Positions 38,398 through 47,859 of a DNA stretch of 64,000 bases are shown one piece after another. The position numbers and the translations under genes were made by a program. How positions within the stretch are numbered: position 1 is the stretch's first letter; the number at the start of each line of letters is the position of its first letter. Origin of the DNA: a bacterium (GTDB lineage Bacteria > Hydrothermota > Tepidihabitantia > SM23-42 > JAOAFX01); assembly GCA_036382775.1 (NCBI GenBank), contig DASVHD010000036.1, positions 18,657 through 82,656 of the forward strand, given 5' to 3'. The notes beneath the pieces were generated by a model. That model searched no databases, was not told the DNA's origin, and saw only the letters and a program-made list of their open reading frames with translations.

Positions 38398-39108
38398 TTA
38401 TTTCTTTTCCTTTTGTCCTTCATCCTTATCTTTATCCTTACCCTTCAGACCTTTGATCATCCGGTCCAGCCATTGAGACATTTGTTTTTGTGATTCTTTC
38501 TGTTGTTTCAGTATCTTTGGTTCTTTGTCCCGGTCATGGACCGACGGATCATAAAGGCAGTTCAGAAGATCGGTTATCTTCCAGAGAACCGGGATGATCA
38601 GAGTTGGTGCGTAGACATCGACACTGCGCAGGTGAATAGTGTCGTTCCGCAACTGTCTGATGAGCTCGATCTCTTTCTTGCCGATCCGTTCAGGCAATAC
38701 TCCGTTCTTTTTCAGCCACTTGAGGATCGACCATATAGACGAGTTGACCTCTTCAAAACCAACCAAGACCCAGCCTTCCCACAGCCGCTGCATTACGATA
38801 TCGTAATTCCTGTTAACGATCAGCGATTCCTTACCGCGGATCAAGTGGCACTTGTCAGGCAGACCACCGATGAACCGGTCCCTGATCGCCGTTTCGGTCA
38901 GCAGAAAAAGGTATGCGGCGCAAAGCGAATAGAATTCATATTCATAATACCCATATAGGCATATTTGCTTGGCGAAATCGAGCAATTCACGGGTCCGGGC
39001 CGGTACTTTGTTGCTTACTGGCACCTGAGATAAGAGATCTTTCAGCGTATCAAGATCGATCCCGTGTTCTAAGTTCCGTTTATCAGGCTGGCATAATGTC
39101 TTCGCCAT
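38398..39108 (-). CDS. hypothetical helical protein with HEPN-like RxxxxH motif
   Basis: LLTETAIRDR helix and LRNDTIH motif; own TTGATT-N16-TACAAT promoter at 39125-39152. Confidence 0.6.
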   Translation of the reverse strand: MAKTLCQPDKRNLEHGIDLDTLKDLLSQVPVSNKVPARTRELLDFAKQICLYGYYEYEFYSLCAAYLFLLTETAIRDRFIGGLPDKCHLIRGKESLIVNRNYDIVMQRLWEGWVLVGFEEVNSSIWSILKWLKKNGVLPERIGKKEIELIRQLRNDTIHLRSVDVYAPTLIIPVLWKITDLLNCLYDPSVHDRDKEPKILKQQKESQKQMSQWLDRMIKGLKGKDKDKDEGQKEKK

Positions 39109-39209
39109 AATATTTATTTGTTTTATTGTATCGATTTTCTTGAAATAATCAAGACGTAGATGGGAGTTAAGCCATAAGGCTTTTATTAAACTCTTACGAG
39201 TTAATTCCT

Positions 39210-39281
39210 TTCATCCCTTCATCTCCTTATCCCTGCTTCCCTGCTTCTCTTCTTCTCTTCTTCTCTTCATCCCTGCATCAC
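39210..39281. repeat. 8-bp tandem repeat, 9 degenerate units (TTCATCCC/TGCTTCTC)
   Basis: ttcatccc ttcatctc cttatccc tgcttccc tgcttctc ttcttctc ttcttctc ttcatccc tgcatcac. Confidence 0.8.
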
Positions 39282-39640
39282 TTCATTATTTCTTCGCACT
39301 CCGGTTCCCAGGCTGGATCAACGATGCATAAAAAATCAAGCGTTCTTTTCCCGATGTTTTCCACCCATTGCACCGTACCCGGCGGAATATAAACCGCATC
39401 GTTCTCCCTGACCACGTTTTCCTCTTTGTCAATATGCATAATGCCGACGCCCCTGAGTACATAATAGATCTCAGAATACTTCAGTTTGTGCGGTTTGGTC
39501 TTTTGCCCGGTTTGAACCTGCGCCTGGGCTAGACTGTAGCGGATGTTCAAATTGTCTTTTTTAGGATTGAAGACTTCCCGCAGGAATGACCCGTCACCGA
39601 CGGTGAATTGTTTACAGTCTTTCAAATTTATTATTTTCAT
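39278..39640 (-). CDS. cupin domain protein
   Basis: PHKLKYSEIYYVLRG.G, VYIPPG..Q.VEN, FLCIVDPAW. Real start MKIINL at 39640; the ORF-track extension is repeat DNA. Confidence 0.85.
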   Translation of the reverse strand: MKIINLKDCKQFTVGDGSFLREVFNPKKDNLNIRYSLAQAQVQTGQKTKPHKLKYSEIYYVLRGVGIMHIDKEENVVRENDAVYIPPGTVQWVENIGKRTLDFLCIVDPAWEPECEEIMK

Positions 39641-39684
39641 CTGTAATTCTAACCATATTATATTAAAAATCAAGATAATAACAC

Positions 39685-39771
39685 CTGGTCTTTCAGGTTT
39701 TTCTGGTCTAGCCAGTCTTTCTGGTCTAGCTGGTTTTTTAATTTTTACCTGATATCCTGATACTCTGATAT
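39685..39771. repeat. 9-bp tandem repeat x6 (CTGGTCTWK) followed by 8-bp repeat x3 (CCTGATAY)
   Basis: ctggtcttt caggttttt ctggtctag ccagtcttt ctggtctag ctggttttt; cctgatat cctgatac tctgatat. Confidence 0.75.
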
Positions 39772-39826
39772 ACTTTTTTATTATTCCCGTCATTGATTTT
39801 TTCTTGTACGCGTATATAATCGCTCT

Positions 39827-41116
39827 ATGTTCGATCTATTCGCATCCGGACTTAAACTGAAAAGCCAAAAGATAACAAGCGGTCAGGCGATCGAAGTCAT
39901 GCCCCCGCCAAAAAAAGTTCATATCCCATTTTCCCAGCACCAGGGCAACCCAGCCCGGCCTGTCGTCAGCATCGGCGATCATGTCAAAGCCGGCACCGTG
40001 ATCGCAGAGGCCGAAGGGTTTGTATCGGTACCAGTGCATGCCAGCATTTCCGGCACGGTCACCGCCGTTCAAAGGCACCCCCATCCGGTCCTGGGACATA
40101 GCCTGGCCTGCACCGTGGAAGCGGATGAAAGCGATGAATGGAAAAATCCTGCGCAGACTCATCAATCCTATGAAAACCTTCCAGTCCCGGAACTGCTCAA
40201 GAAGATAAAAGGAGCCGGTGTGGTCGGCCTGGGCGGCGGTGCCTTCCCGACCCATGTAAAACTTGCGCCCCCCGATGACATCAAGATCGACACGCTGCTT
40301 ATCAACGGCTGTGAATGCGAACCCATGCTTACCGCAGATTACCGCCTTATGCTGGAATACCCGGTGGGCATCGTGGAGGGCGCGAAAATATTCCAGAAAA
40401 TACTGGGGACACCGAAACTTGTCTTTGTGCTCGAAAACAACAAAACCGGCGCTGCCCACGCCCTGGAAAAAGAAGGGGCGGTAGTGCGCATCATAAGAGC
40501 ACGCTACCCGGCTGGTCATGAAAAACAACTCATCAAGAGCGTTCTAAGGCGCACCGTGCCTCTCGAGAAATTACCCTGGCACGCCGGTTGTGTCGTTCAG
40601 AATATCGCGACCTGCCATGCCGCGTTCCAGGCGATCCGTTTCGGCAAACCGCTGATCGAGCGGGTAATAACGGTCTCGGGCGAAGGGGTCAGAGAACCGA
40701 AGAACATCATGGTGCGCATCGGGACACCGCTCGAAGATATCATAAACTTCTGCGGCGGCTATGCGGCGAAACCGCGGAAAATAATTTTCGGCGGACCGAT
40801 GATGGGTATCGCCCAGTTCGCTCCTGACGTGCCGGTCATCAAGTGCACGACCGGCATAATCGTAAAATTACGGGAACGTTCTGAACCGGAAACCTCCTGC
40901 GTCCGGTGCGCGCGGTGCGTCGATGTCTGCCCGATGAAACTCATGCCCTGCGAAATGGTCAAATATGTCAAACACAACGAATTCAACAAGGCCGATGATC
41001 TCGGTACGCGCGCCTGCATTGAATGCGGCTGCTGCGCTTATGTCTGCCCGGCTAAGATACCGCTCGTCCATTACTTCAAATACGGCAAGACCGAGATCCA
41101 GAGAATAAGGTCATGA
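39827..41116 (+). CDS. rnfC: Rnf complex subunit C
   Basis: PVHASISG, GLGGGAFPTHVK, NGCECEP, GGPMMG, CVRCARCVDVCP, CIECGCCAYVCP. Confidence 0.95.
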   Translation: MFDLFASGLKLKSQKITSGQAIEVMPPPKKVHIPFSQHQGNPARPVVSIGDHVKAGTVIAEAEGFVSVPVHASISGTVTAVQRHPHPVLGHSLACTVEADESDEWKNPAQTHQSYENLPVPELLKKIKGAGVVGLGGGAFPTHVKLAPPDDIKIDTLLINGCECEPMLTADYRLMLEYPVGIVEGAKIFQKILGTPKLVFVLENNKTGAAHALEKEGAVVRIIRARYPAGHEKQLIKSVLRRTVPLEKLPWHAGCVVQNIATCHAAFQAIRFGKPLIERVITVSGEGVREPKNIMVRIGTPLEDIINFCGGYAAKPRKIIFGGPMMGIAQFAPDVPVIKCTTGIIVKLRERSEPETSCVRCARCVDVCPMKLMPCEMVKYVKHNEFNKADDLGTRACIECGCCAYVCPAKIPLVHYFKYGKTEIQRIRS

Positions 41117-42201
41117 AACAAACTAAGGACCAGGGCCCTGGAACGAGTCGGTCCCGGTCTGGGGACCGGGAAAACGATCTGCTGACTGTATCAGCATCGC
41201 CACACATGCGCGCGCCCTACAGCACGCGCCGGGCAATGCAGCTGGTGATCATTGCGCTGGTTCCCGTCTTTGCGGCCAGTGTGTTTTTCTTCGGTTACAA
41301 AGCCCTGCTGGTCACGCTGGTAAGCGTCGCGTCGTGCATCGGCTGGGAAGTGCTTAGCCAGCGAGTCATGAACCGGCCGGTCACGGTTTCTGATGGCAGC
41401 GCGGTCATCACCGGCATGCTGCTGGCATTTAACCTGCCGCCAGGCGTGCCGTTATGGATACCCGTTGCCGGCTCCTTTTTCGCGATCGTCGTCGTGAAGC
41501 AGCTGTTCGGCGGACTGGGCAGCAATTTTGTGAATCCAGCCTTAGCTGGACGGGTGTTCCTCATGGCATCCTGGCCTGCCCTGATGACAACCGGGTGGCT
41601 GGCGCCGGCTTATGGTACGGTATCGGGCATGGACGCGGTCACCGCCGCGACGCCGCTGTCGCTGATGAAAAATGCCGCGCTGTACGGCGATCCGAGCTAT
41701 ATTATCCAGGGCCTTAATTCATGGTCCACCCTGCGGCACCTTTTCCTTGGTTCGGTGGGCGGTTGCACCGGCGAAACATCGGCGCTTGTGCTCATTATAA
41801 CAGGCTTGTTCCTTGTCATAGTCCGATTGACCGATTTCCGGATTGTCACCGGCTATCTTGCAACTTTTATCGTTCTCGTCCTTGTTCTGCCGGTCCACGG
41901 GAACCTTTGGTTCCAACTTTTTTCCGGAGGACTGCTCCTGGGTGCTTTCTTCATGGCAACCGACTGGGTAACAACGCCCGTGACCAAAACCGGACGCTGG
42001 ATATTCGGGATCGGCTGCGGCATTTTTACGGTCTTGATCCGTTTGTGGGGCAGTTATCCGGAAGGCGTATCCTACGCCATTCTACTCATGAATATCTGCA
42101 CGCCGCTGATTAACCAGCTGACCGGGGAAAGGATCTTCGGCACACCGGCGCGCATACCGTTCTGGACGCGTCATATTAGATCAGTGGAGGTAAAAAAATG
42201 A
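41113..42201 (+). CDS. rnfD: Rnf complex subunit D
   Basis: SPH, KQLFGGLG.NFVNPA, DAVTAATPL (FMN Thr), GETS, FFMATD, YPEG. Confidence 0.95.
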   Translation: MKQTKDQGPGTSRSRSGDRENDLLTVSASPHMRAPYSTRRAMQLVIIALVPVFAASVFFFGYKALLVTLVSVASCIGWEVLSQRVMNRPVTVSDGSAVITGMLLAFNLPPGVPLWIPVAGSFFAIVVVKQLFGGLGSNFVNPALAGRVFLMASWPALMTTGWLAPAYGTVSGMDAVTAATPLSLMKNAALYGDPSYIIQGLNSWSTLRHLFLGSVGGCTGETSALVLIITGLFLVIVRLTDFRIVTGYLATFIVLVLVLPVHGNLWFQLFSGGLLLGAFFMATDWVTTPVTKTGRWIFGIGCGIFTVLIRLWGSYPEGVSYAILLMNICTPLINQLTGERIFGTPARIPFWTRHIRSVEVKK

Positions 42202-43109
42202 AACTAAGTGGAAAAGTGATACCGCTGATCATGCTGGCTGCGGTCATTTGCCTTAGCATTTTTGTACTATCATTCGTCTATGCCTTTACCGAAGCGCCGG
42301 CCGATACAGCAGCCAACAGGATCGCTTTCGCTGACCTTCACCGGGTAATCGACGCTTACGATTTTGTATCGATCAGACCCGATACGGTATGGCAAGCCGT
42401 GGATTCGACAAAAAATCCGGTCGGGATCGTATTTCGCCTTTTTCCCAAGGGCTATGCAGGGAAGATCCCGGTCACGGCCGGCATCGATCTCGCAGGGATC
42501 ATCACCGGGATCACGATCGCCGGTCAGGGAGAGATCCTCAAGGAAACACGCGGTCTGGGCAGCCGCATCCTTGAACCATGGTTCGCAGAGCAGTTCAAGG
42601 GCAAATCCGAATACCAGGTTAAGCTCAAAAAAGACGGCGGGGACATCGACGCGATAACCGGCGCCACTGTTTCCTCGCGGGCGGTCTGCAATGGTATCAA
42701 CAAAGGCACCGCCGCGTTTAAGTGTTTTCTCGCTGACACGACAAAGAAAGGTTTCATCAGCAAGGTGCTCCCGGATGCCGGACAGACGATCGATATTATC
42801 AAGGACACCGCGTGGTACGCCCTGCGGGGCTGCGATACCCTGGGCATCGCGTTTGTCGGGTTCTGCTTCGGATACCTGGACACGATCTCGTTCCTGGTCG
42901 GCGTGGGCAGGGACTCGAATATCACGGGTATCGAGATCCAGCAGTCACAGGAAACCGAGGGAATGGGTGAGCTGATCAGAGAGAGCGAGTTCCTCGATAA
43001 GTTCAAGCAGGGAAAACCCGAAGCCATTACCGGCGCGACGATCTCTTCAAGCGCCGTGATCAAGGCTGTCGATGAAGCGATGAAGCGCTTCATAGTTTAT
43101 ATCAAGTGA
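42198..43109 (+). CDS. rnfG: Rnf complex subunit G with two tandem FMN-binding domains
   Basis: GYAG...ETRGLG...DAITGATVSS, then GYLD...ETEGMG...EAITGATISS. Confidence 0.85.
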   Translation: MKLSGKVIPLIMLAAVICLSIFVLSFVYAFTEAPADTAANRIAFADLHRVIDAYDFVSIRPDTVWQAVDSTKNPVGIVFRLFPKGYAGKIPVTAGIDLAGIITGITIAGQGEILKETRGLGSRILEPWFAEQFKGKSEYQVKLKKDGGDIDAITGATVSSRAVCNGINKGTAAFKCFLADTTKKGFISKVLPDAGQTIDIIKDTAWYALRGCDTLGIAFVGFCFGYLDTISFLVGVGRDSNITGIEIQQSQETEGMGELIRESEFLDKFKQGKPEAITGATISSSAVIKAVDEAMKRFIVYIK

Positions 43110-43720
43110 AACAACCCGCGCTTATCCCGTTTTCAGCCGCTGACACAAAAGAAAATCCCTCAATGTGCTGGCTCCTGGGTCTGTGTCCGGTCCTTGCAGT
43201 CACAACTTCGACCATAAACAGCATCGCGATCAGCGCTGTTTTTTTCATCGTTCTTGTCATGACGAAACTGGCCATGGCGGTGACCAGGAAATGGACTGAT
43301 CCCGGTGCCGGCATCACTGTTTTTCTGCTCCTGATCATAAGTTCAACACTGACCGCGACCGCAGATATGGGCACAAAGACATTTTTCCCCGATTTGCACA
43401 TCTCACTGGGTATATACCTGTCATTGATCGCCGTTAATTGTATGATCATTTCGCGACCGAATAAAAGGACCATTACTGACGCTTTAAAAACCGGCCTGGG
43501 TTATGTAGTGATCATTGTGATCATAGGAATCGCGCGGGAAGTGCTGGGCAAGGGCACCCTGCTCGGTGATACAATACTGGGAAGCGGTTTCCGGGCATCA
43601 CCCGTATCATTCTTTATTCTGCCGTCGGGCGCTTTCCTGGTCATGGCATTTATAATTGCCTTTATCAATTCACACCACGGACAGCGCAAACTACAAGAAC
43701 AAAACCGTGGTAAAACATAA
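43106..43720 (+). CDS. rnfE: Rnf complex subunit E
   Basis: ENP...LGLCPVLAVT, LIAVNCMI, REVLG, LPSGAF. Confidence 0.9.
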   Translation: MKQPALIPFSAADTKENPSMCWLLGLCPVLAVTTSTINSIAISAVFFIVLVMTKLAMAVTRKWTDPGAGITVFLLLIISSTLTATADMGTKTFFPDLHISLGIYLSLIAVNCMIISRPNKRTITDALKTGLGYVVIIVIIGIAREVLGKGTLLGDTILGSGFRASPVSFFILPSGAFLVMAFIIAFINSHHGQRKLQEQNRGKT

Positions 43721-43732
43721 AGAATAGACTGT

Positions 43733-44329
43733 ATGCAGGCGGCCATGAAGTACGCATGGTTCATCATCATAGGGTCGGTCTTTGTCAACAACCTGATCCT
43801 GGTGCGGTTCTTGGGGATATGCACGCTTTTCTGTCCCGGCGCGAAGCTGAAAGAATTCCTCAAGATCAGCATAACGCTCATGGCGGTCATGATCGCCTCA
43901 TCATGGCTCGGCTGGATTGCCTACTACGGGATCCTGAAACCCTTGAACCTGATTTTTCTTAAACTCCCCGTGTTCGTGCTGCTTACCGCCGTTTTGGTGC
44001 AAGCAGCGGTCTTTTTCTTTAGGAAAAAAATGCCGGGTCTGCACGTGTTACTGGGTGGTTATCTGCTTTTATTCACAGCTCATTGCGCGGTACTGGGGAT
44101 AATATTACTGGCTATTGAACAAAACCTGGATTTCCTGCAGACCACAGCATTCACCCTGGGCAGCGGTCTGGGCGGACTCCTGGTCATGCTGGTGTTCTCT
44201 GCGATCAGGGAAAGTGTCAAATTCGCACCGGTTCCGCGCGCGTTCAAGGGCTACGCTATCGACTTTGTTGCCTTAAGCCTTATGTCTCTGGCGTTTTTGG
44301 GGTTTATCGGCTTTCTGGGAATATTTTAA
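43733..44329 (+). CDS. rnfA: Rnf complex subunit A
   Basis: NNLILVRFLGIC, HCAVLG, IRE, VPRAFKG, MSLAFLGF. Confidence 0.9.
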   Translation: MQAAMKYAWFIIIGSVFVNNLILVRFLGICTLFCPGAKLKEFLKISITLMAVMIASSWLGWIAYYGILKPLNLIFLKLPVFVLLTAVLVQAAVFFFRKKMPGLHVLLGGYLLLFTAHCAVLGIILLAIEQNLDFLQTTAFTLGSGLGGLLVMLVFSAIRESVKFAPVPRAFKGYAIDFVALSLMSLAFLGFIGFLGIF

Positions 44330-44583
44330 CAGTTTAAACCAATACAGAATTAATTGAATTTTATTTTAGAATTGATAATATTGTAAAGCTCATCGTGCGA
44401 TGGTTTTTAATCCAATTAGTTGGCTCTGGTCTTTTATCGACTGGCGGATATGTAGTCCGCTGGCCGGCTAGCCTTTCGAATACTTCCGATATTCTATTGA
44501 TTTTGAAGTGCAGAATGCAACAAAAATTTCAGAAAATTACTGATTTATCCAAACAAAACTATATTCGACTGCGCATAATAAAA

Positions 44584-45078
44584 TTATTTACCCGGCCCGT
44601 GCTTTGACGGCGGGACCGTCTTTTTGGGTTCGGCTTTCCGCGTTTTACTGTCCTTGTCCTCGTCTTTGTTATCATCCTTATCATTATCTTTATCTTTATT
44701 ATTATCCCGTCTGAACAGGTCCTTGAACTTTGACTCCAGCTGCTTTATCCTGTCAAAATCCTTTTCCCGCTGGTCATTGACGTTGTTCGAATCGATGTCG
44801 ATGATCTTGTCGCCGTTCTTGTCCGTGATGTTCTTTATCTTGCCCTTGAGGTCGAATTTCACTTCCTTGCCTTTTTCATCTGCATCATTCTTGTTATTGT
44901 CATCCTTACCCTTGCCTTCTTTGATAATATCTCCATCCTTGTTGGCCTCTTCGTTCTTTACCACGGTTTTTGTATTACCGTCGTCTTTAATGTTTCTGGC
45001 CGACTTGGGCACCGGCTGGACCGCAAAGGACAAACTCAGCAAAAGCAGTAATGTCAGGAGTAATATTTTTATCTTCAT
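44584..45078 (-). CDS. secreted Lys/Asp-rich hypothetical protein with EF-hand-like segments
   Basis: Signal peptide MKIKILLL...SFA; DKNGD and DIDSNNVND; AAGGAG RBS; TTGACA-N16-TATAAT at 45092-45119. Confidence 0.65.
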   Translation of the reverse strand: MKIKILLLTLLLLLSLSFAVQPVPKSARNIKDDGNTKTVVKNEEANKDGDIIKEGKGKDDNNKNDADEKGKEVKFDLKGKIKNITDKNGDKIIDIDSNNVNDQREKDFDRIKQLESKFKDLFRRDNNKDKDNDKDDNKDEDKDSKTRKAEPKKTVPPSKHGPGK

Positions 45079-45136
45079 GGTCGCTCCTTGAATTATAAGG
45101 AAATTACATGCCTTGTCAACCGTTCGCGCGGACATG

Positions 45137-45826
45137 TCATTCCTCCCAAAGTTTCACGAACACGCGCCGGTGTTCACCCGGCTCAAGATAGATCCTGCGC
45201 GTGAGGGTCCGGTACCATGTCTTCCTGATCCTCACGACGTACTCTCCGGGTTTCAGTTCGATCGTGTACGGCGCCTTGCCGACGTATTCCTCATCACCGG
45301 TCCCGACGTTTTCAATGTAGATGCGGCATTTCTTGGGGTTCGAGACGATCCGCAGCAGGACCGGCTCCGGTTCTCTGATATTCAGTTCCAAAGACCGCCT
45401 GACCACATCGTCTGTAACCGCCTCATCGCTTTCATATTCCGGCACGTCTTTTGTCGACACCAGCAGGACGATCGTCTCAGTGCCTCCTGGACCGTTGACT
45501 TCGTACTCGAAATTGTCGTCCGGCGATGGCAGCTCGTAGACTCGGCCGGCTTTGACCCATCCTTCTTCTTCATCGTCTGCCGACGGGAACAGCCGACTGC
45601 GCTCGCCCGAAACCTCGATGTCGTAGACCGCCACATAGCAGTCGTACGGAACCCTGAAATAGATCTTGAGCTTGTCGCCGGTCTGGTACGTCAGGTCACC
45701 ATTGTTTACCCAGAGCTCGATGCCGTCGCTGCTGGAAAGGGTCGCGGGAGACCCGCCCGCACCGGACGGGTCTCCTGCAGGGTTTAGGGAGGCGATCAAG
45801 CTAAGGACCAGCAATATTGCGTTCAT
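45137..45826 (-). CDS. DUF4384-like plus PEGA domain secreted protein
   Basis: LWVN...YQTGDKLKIYF...DCYVAVYDI..G...LFP...GPGGTE; C-terminal SNP...IYI...YVGKAP...LKPGEY.VRI.K. Confidence 0.75.
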   Translation of the reverse strand: MNAILLVLSLIASLNPAGDPSGAGGSPATLSSSDGIELWVNNGDLTYQTGDKLKIYFRVPYDCYVAVYDIEVSGERSRLFPSADDEEEGWVKAGRVYELPSPDDNFEYEVNGPGGTETIVLLVSTKDVPEYESDEAVTDDVVRRSLELNIREPEPVLLRIVSNPKKCRIYIENVGTGDEEYVGKAPYTIELKPGEYVVRIRKTWYRTLTRRIYLEPGEHRRVFVKLWEE

Positions 45827-45828
45827 TG

Positions 45829-46878
45829 TTATCTCCGCGCTCCCGGGGATGGTCTTGCCGAGCGTTCCCGGGAAGAATTATCCGTATTGCCGCCACCGTT
45901 ACCGCCTTTGTCGGGTATCGAGCTCCTGTTGTTGCGCGCCTTGCTGTTGTCATTCTCTTTTTCTCGATCGCTGTTGTTATTGTCATTCCGTTCGTATGAA
46001 TCATCCCGTTCCGGCTTGCGATTATCAGGCTTGTCATACTCTTCCTGATCCTGGTCGCCCTGGTCGTTCTTGTTCTGGTCCTCGTCTTCGTAATACTCGC
46101 TCCAGTCGCGCTTTTCCACGTTCGGATTCTTCGACTTGTCATTATTACCGTTATCATTGTTATATTTGCGGCCTTCCAGGTTCTTCGTCGTATTGGTCTC
46201 CTTATCAATGACCCGGTCGCTGCGCTCGTCGGCGAAGTTCTTTTCCTCAAGGTTAACCTTGCTCTTGCTGAGCTGGTATTCCTCGTTCTTGACCTCGATC
46301 TCTTTGCGCTGTTTGACTTCGTAATCCTTGCGCATCTTTTCAAGGTTGCCGCTCTTTTCCTCTTTTTGCAGCCGCTTGTACAGATCAGGGTCTTTCTCTT
46401 TTGTCAAACGCATCACTTCCTTCTCGTTGTAGGGTACGTCGATCTGACGCGGCGGCTTGTCCGGCAGGCTAATACCGTACTCGTGCGCCTTGTACTTGAA
46501 GTCGTTGTACGAATAATGCAGCTCGTACCTGACGTATCGGCCGTAACGCGGCCGCCAGTAGCAGTGTCCGCCTTCATACCACACGATGTAGTAGCCGGCA
46601 CCGAAGAAATGCCAGTCCCAATTATGGCACCAATGGCAGCGGTACCAGTACCAGTCCCACCACCACGGGTGATACCACACGTAGTAGACGCAATAGTACC
46701 CGTGCGGGTAATACGCCCAGTAGTGGTCGTAGTGATGGTAGTACGGATCGTCTTGCCAGTACTCGTCGTACCAGTAATCATCACCATATTCATCTCCGTC
46801 ATAATGCGCGTAGGCGAAGTTCAGGCCAAACACACCAAAAGATATGGCTGCTAGGCCCAACAAAATGATGTTCTTCAT
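45829..46878 (-). CDS. secreted protein with Trp/Tyr/His/Cys-rich N-domain and charged low-complexity tail
   Basis: AAGGAGG RBS; signal peptide MKNIILLG...AYA; YYHHYDHYWAYYPHGYYCVYYVWYHPWWWDWYWYRCHWCH. Confidence 0.7.
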   Translation of the reverse strand: MKNIILLGLAAISFGVFGLNFAYAHYDGDEYGDDYWYDEYWQDDPYYHHYDHYWAYYPHGYYCVYYVWYHPWWWDWYWYRCHWCHNWDWHFFGAGYYIVWYEGGHCYWRPRYGRYVRYELHYSYNDFKYKAHEYGISLPDKPPRQIDVPYNEKEVMRLTKEKDPDLYKRLQKEEKSGNLEKMRKDYEVKQRKEIEVKNEEYQLSKSKVNLEEKNFADERSDRVIDKETNTTKNLEGRKYNNDNGNNDKSKNPNVEKRDWSEYYEDEDQNKNDQGDQDQEEYDKPDNRKPERDDSYERNDNNNSDREKENDNSKARNNRSSIPDKGGNGGGNTDNSSRERSARPSPGARR

Positions 46879-46894
46879 GGCATCCTCCTTTATG

Positions 46895-47674
46895 TTAATG
46901 CCCAATGACCAACTCTGGATTGCCGGGATCGATCTGGTATGCCCAGTCAAACACCATGTGCTCTGGTCCGACTTCGGTCACGCGGAGTTTGGCAAAATGA
47001 TTGTCCCAGGTCCAGAAAACGTAAGTATGCCCCTCAACCGCCTCAACCACACCAGACGGCGACCAACCCTGGTCTGGAGCATACGTGATATCATCCATTG
47101 ATTCTGTATATCCCATGTCCTGGATCAAACCGCCGCTCTTGTATACAAGCAGGTACGGGATATCGCTCGGCGAATCATAATCATAATAAATATCGCTCTG
47201 CGAATAATTCCAGGACACGATCTCGTATTCGCTGAAATCCCAGCCGGCATAAACCGGATATTCATCGACATCGTACAGCCTTATATTATACCCCTCAGGC
47301 CTCGGCGTATCGAAAACCAGCTCGTATGAAAGATCGCTCTCGTTCCCGTTTTCGTCGAAAGCCGTGATCGCGTAAAAATACGTAAGGCCGTTTTCCAATC
47401 CGTAATCAAGGAAGTAATCAAAGTTCGTTTCGCCGATCAAATAGTACGGGCCTTCCGGATCATAACTCCGGTATATTCGGTACGCTTCAAGGTCAGGTTC
47501 GTTATTCGCATACCAGTAAAGCATGACTTCTTCATCACCAGTCACCGAGGTTAATCCCCTGGGTATGGCTGGTGGTTCATTATCAGCTTCCTCATAGCAG
47601 CAAGGAGCATATATAAGGGCTCCTGCTATCAGTATCATTTTCAGAGAATTTGTTATTTTTTTAATGTTTTTCAT
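46895..47674 (-). CDS. lipoprotein with fibronectin type III domain
   Basis: Lipobox-like LIYAPC; PPAIPRGL...W..N.EPDL..YRIYR...NGLTYFYAITAFD..GNES. Confidence 0.75.
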   Translation of the reverse strand: MKNIKKITNSLKMILIAGALIYAPCCYEEADNEPPAIPRGLTSVTGDEEVMLYWYANNEPDLEAYRIYRSYDPEGPYYLIGETNFDYFLDYGLENGLTYFYAITAFDENGNESDLSYELVFDTPRPEGYNIRLYDVDEYPVYAGWDFSEYEIVSWNYSQSDIYYDYDSPSDIPYLLVYKSGGLIQDMGYTESMDDITYAPDQGWSPSGVVEAVEGHTYVFWTWDNHFAKLRVTEVGPEHMVFDWAYQIDPGNPELVIGH

Positions 47675-47696
47675 GGTCAGCTCCTGCCTTATTTAT

Positions 47697-47788
47697 ATGC
47701 AAGGGCCATGCCAACTAAAAGCATTGAAAAACAATCACTTTTTTGATACCGTCGCACAAAAAAAGTGCAGTTTGCACAAAAGACGTGA
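47697..47788 (-). promoter_or_regulatory. sigma54 (-24/-12) promoter with two upstream GCAC-N7-GTG(C/A) enhancer-like sites
   Basis: Minus strand TTGGCATGGCCCTTGCAT (GG-N10-GC) at 47697-47714; GCACAAAAAAAGTGC at 47754-47768 and GCACAAAAGACGTGA at 47774-47788. Confidence 0.7.
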
Positions 47789-47859
47789 TAGACACGACTT
47801 ACATCCATATGGAATATTTCCTCAGGTCCATTGTATAATATAGCATAAAGGAGGCTACA

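Noticed and set aside
37888-39280. Integrative element or prophage at tRNA-Gly
   Set aside because: No integrase and no duplicated tRNA 3' end were seen. Lack of an encoded CCA is common and does not make the tRNA a pseudogene.
39641-39793. N-terminal extension of the cupin with PERPARPEKP repeats
   Set aside because: It is the translation of intergenic 9-bp repeats; a promoter sits right before ATG 39640.
44330-44583. Possible rnfB remnant or small ORF after rnfA
   Set aside because: No Cys-cluster motifs in the frames I read; AT-rich with only short open frames.
45829-46330. Apparent nucleotide repeats in the charged tails of the secreted proteins (also 44640-44960)
   Set aside because: Explained by low-complexity D/N/K/E/R protein sequence rather than a DNA-level element.
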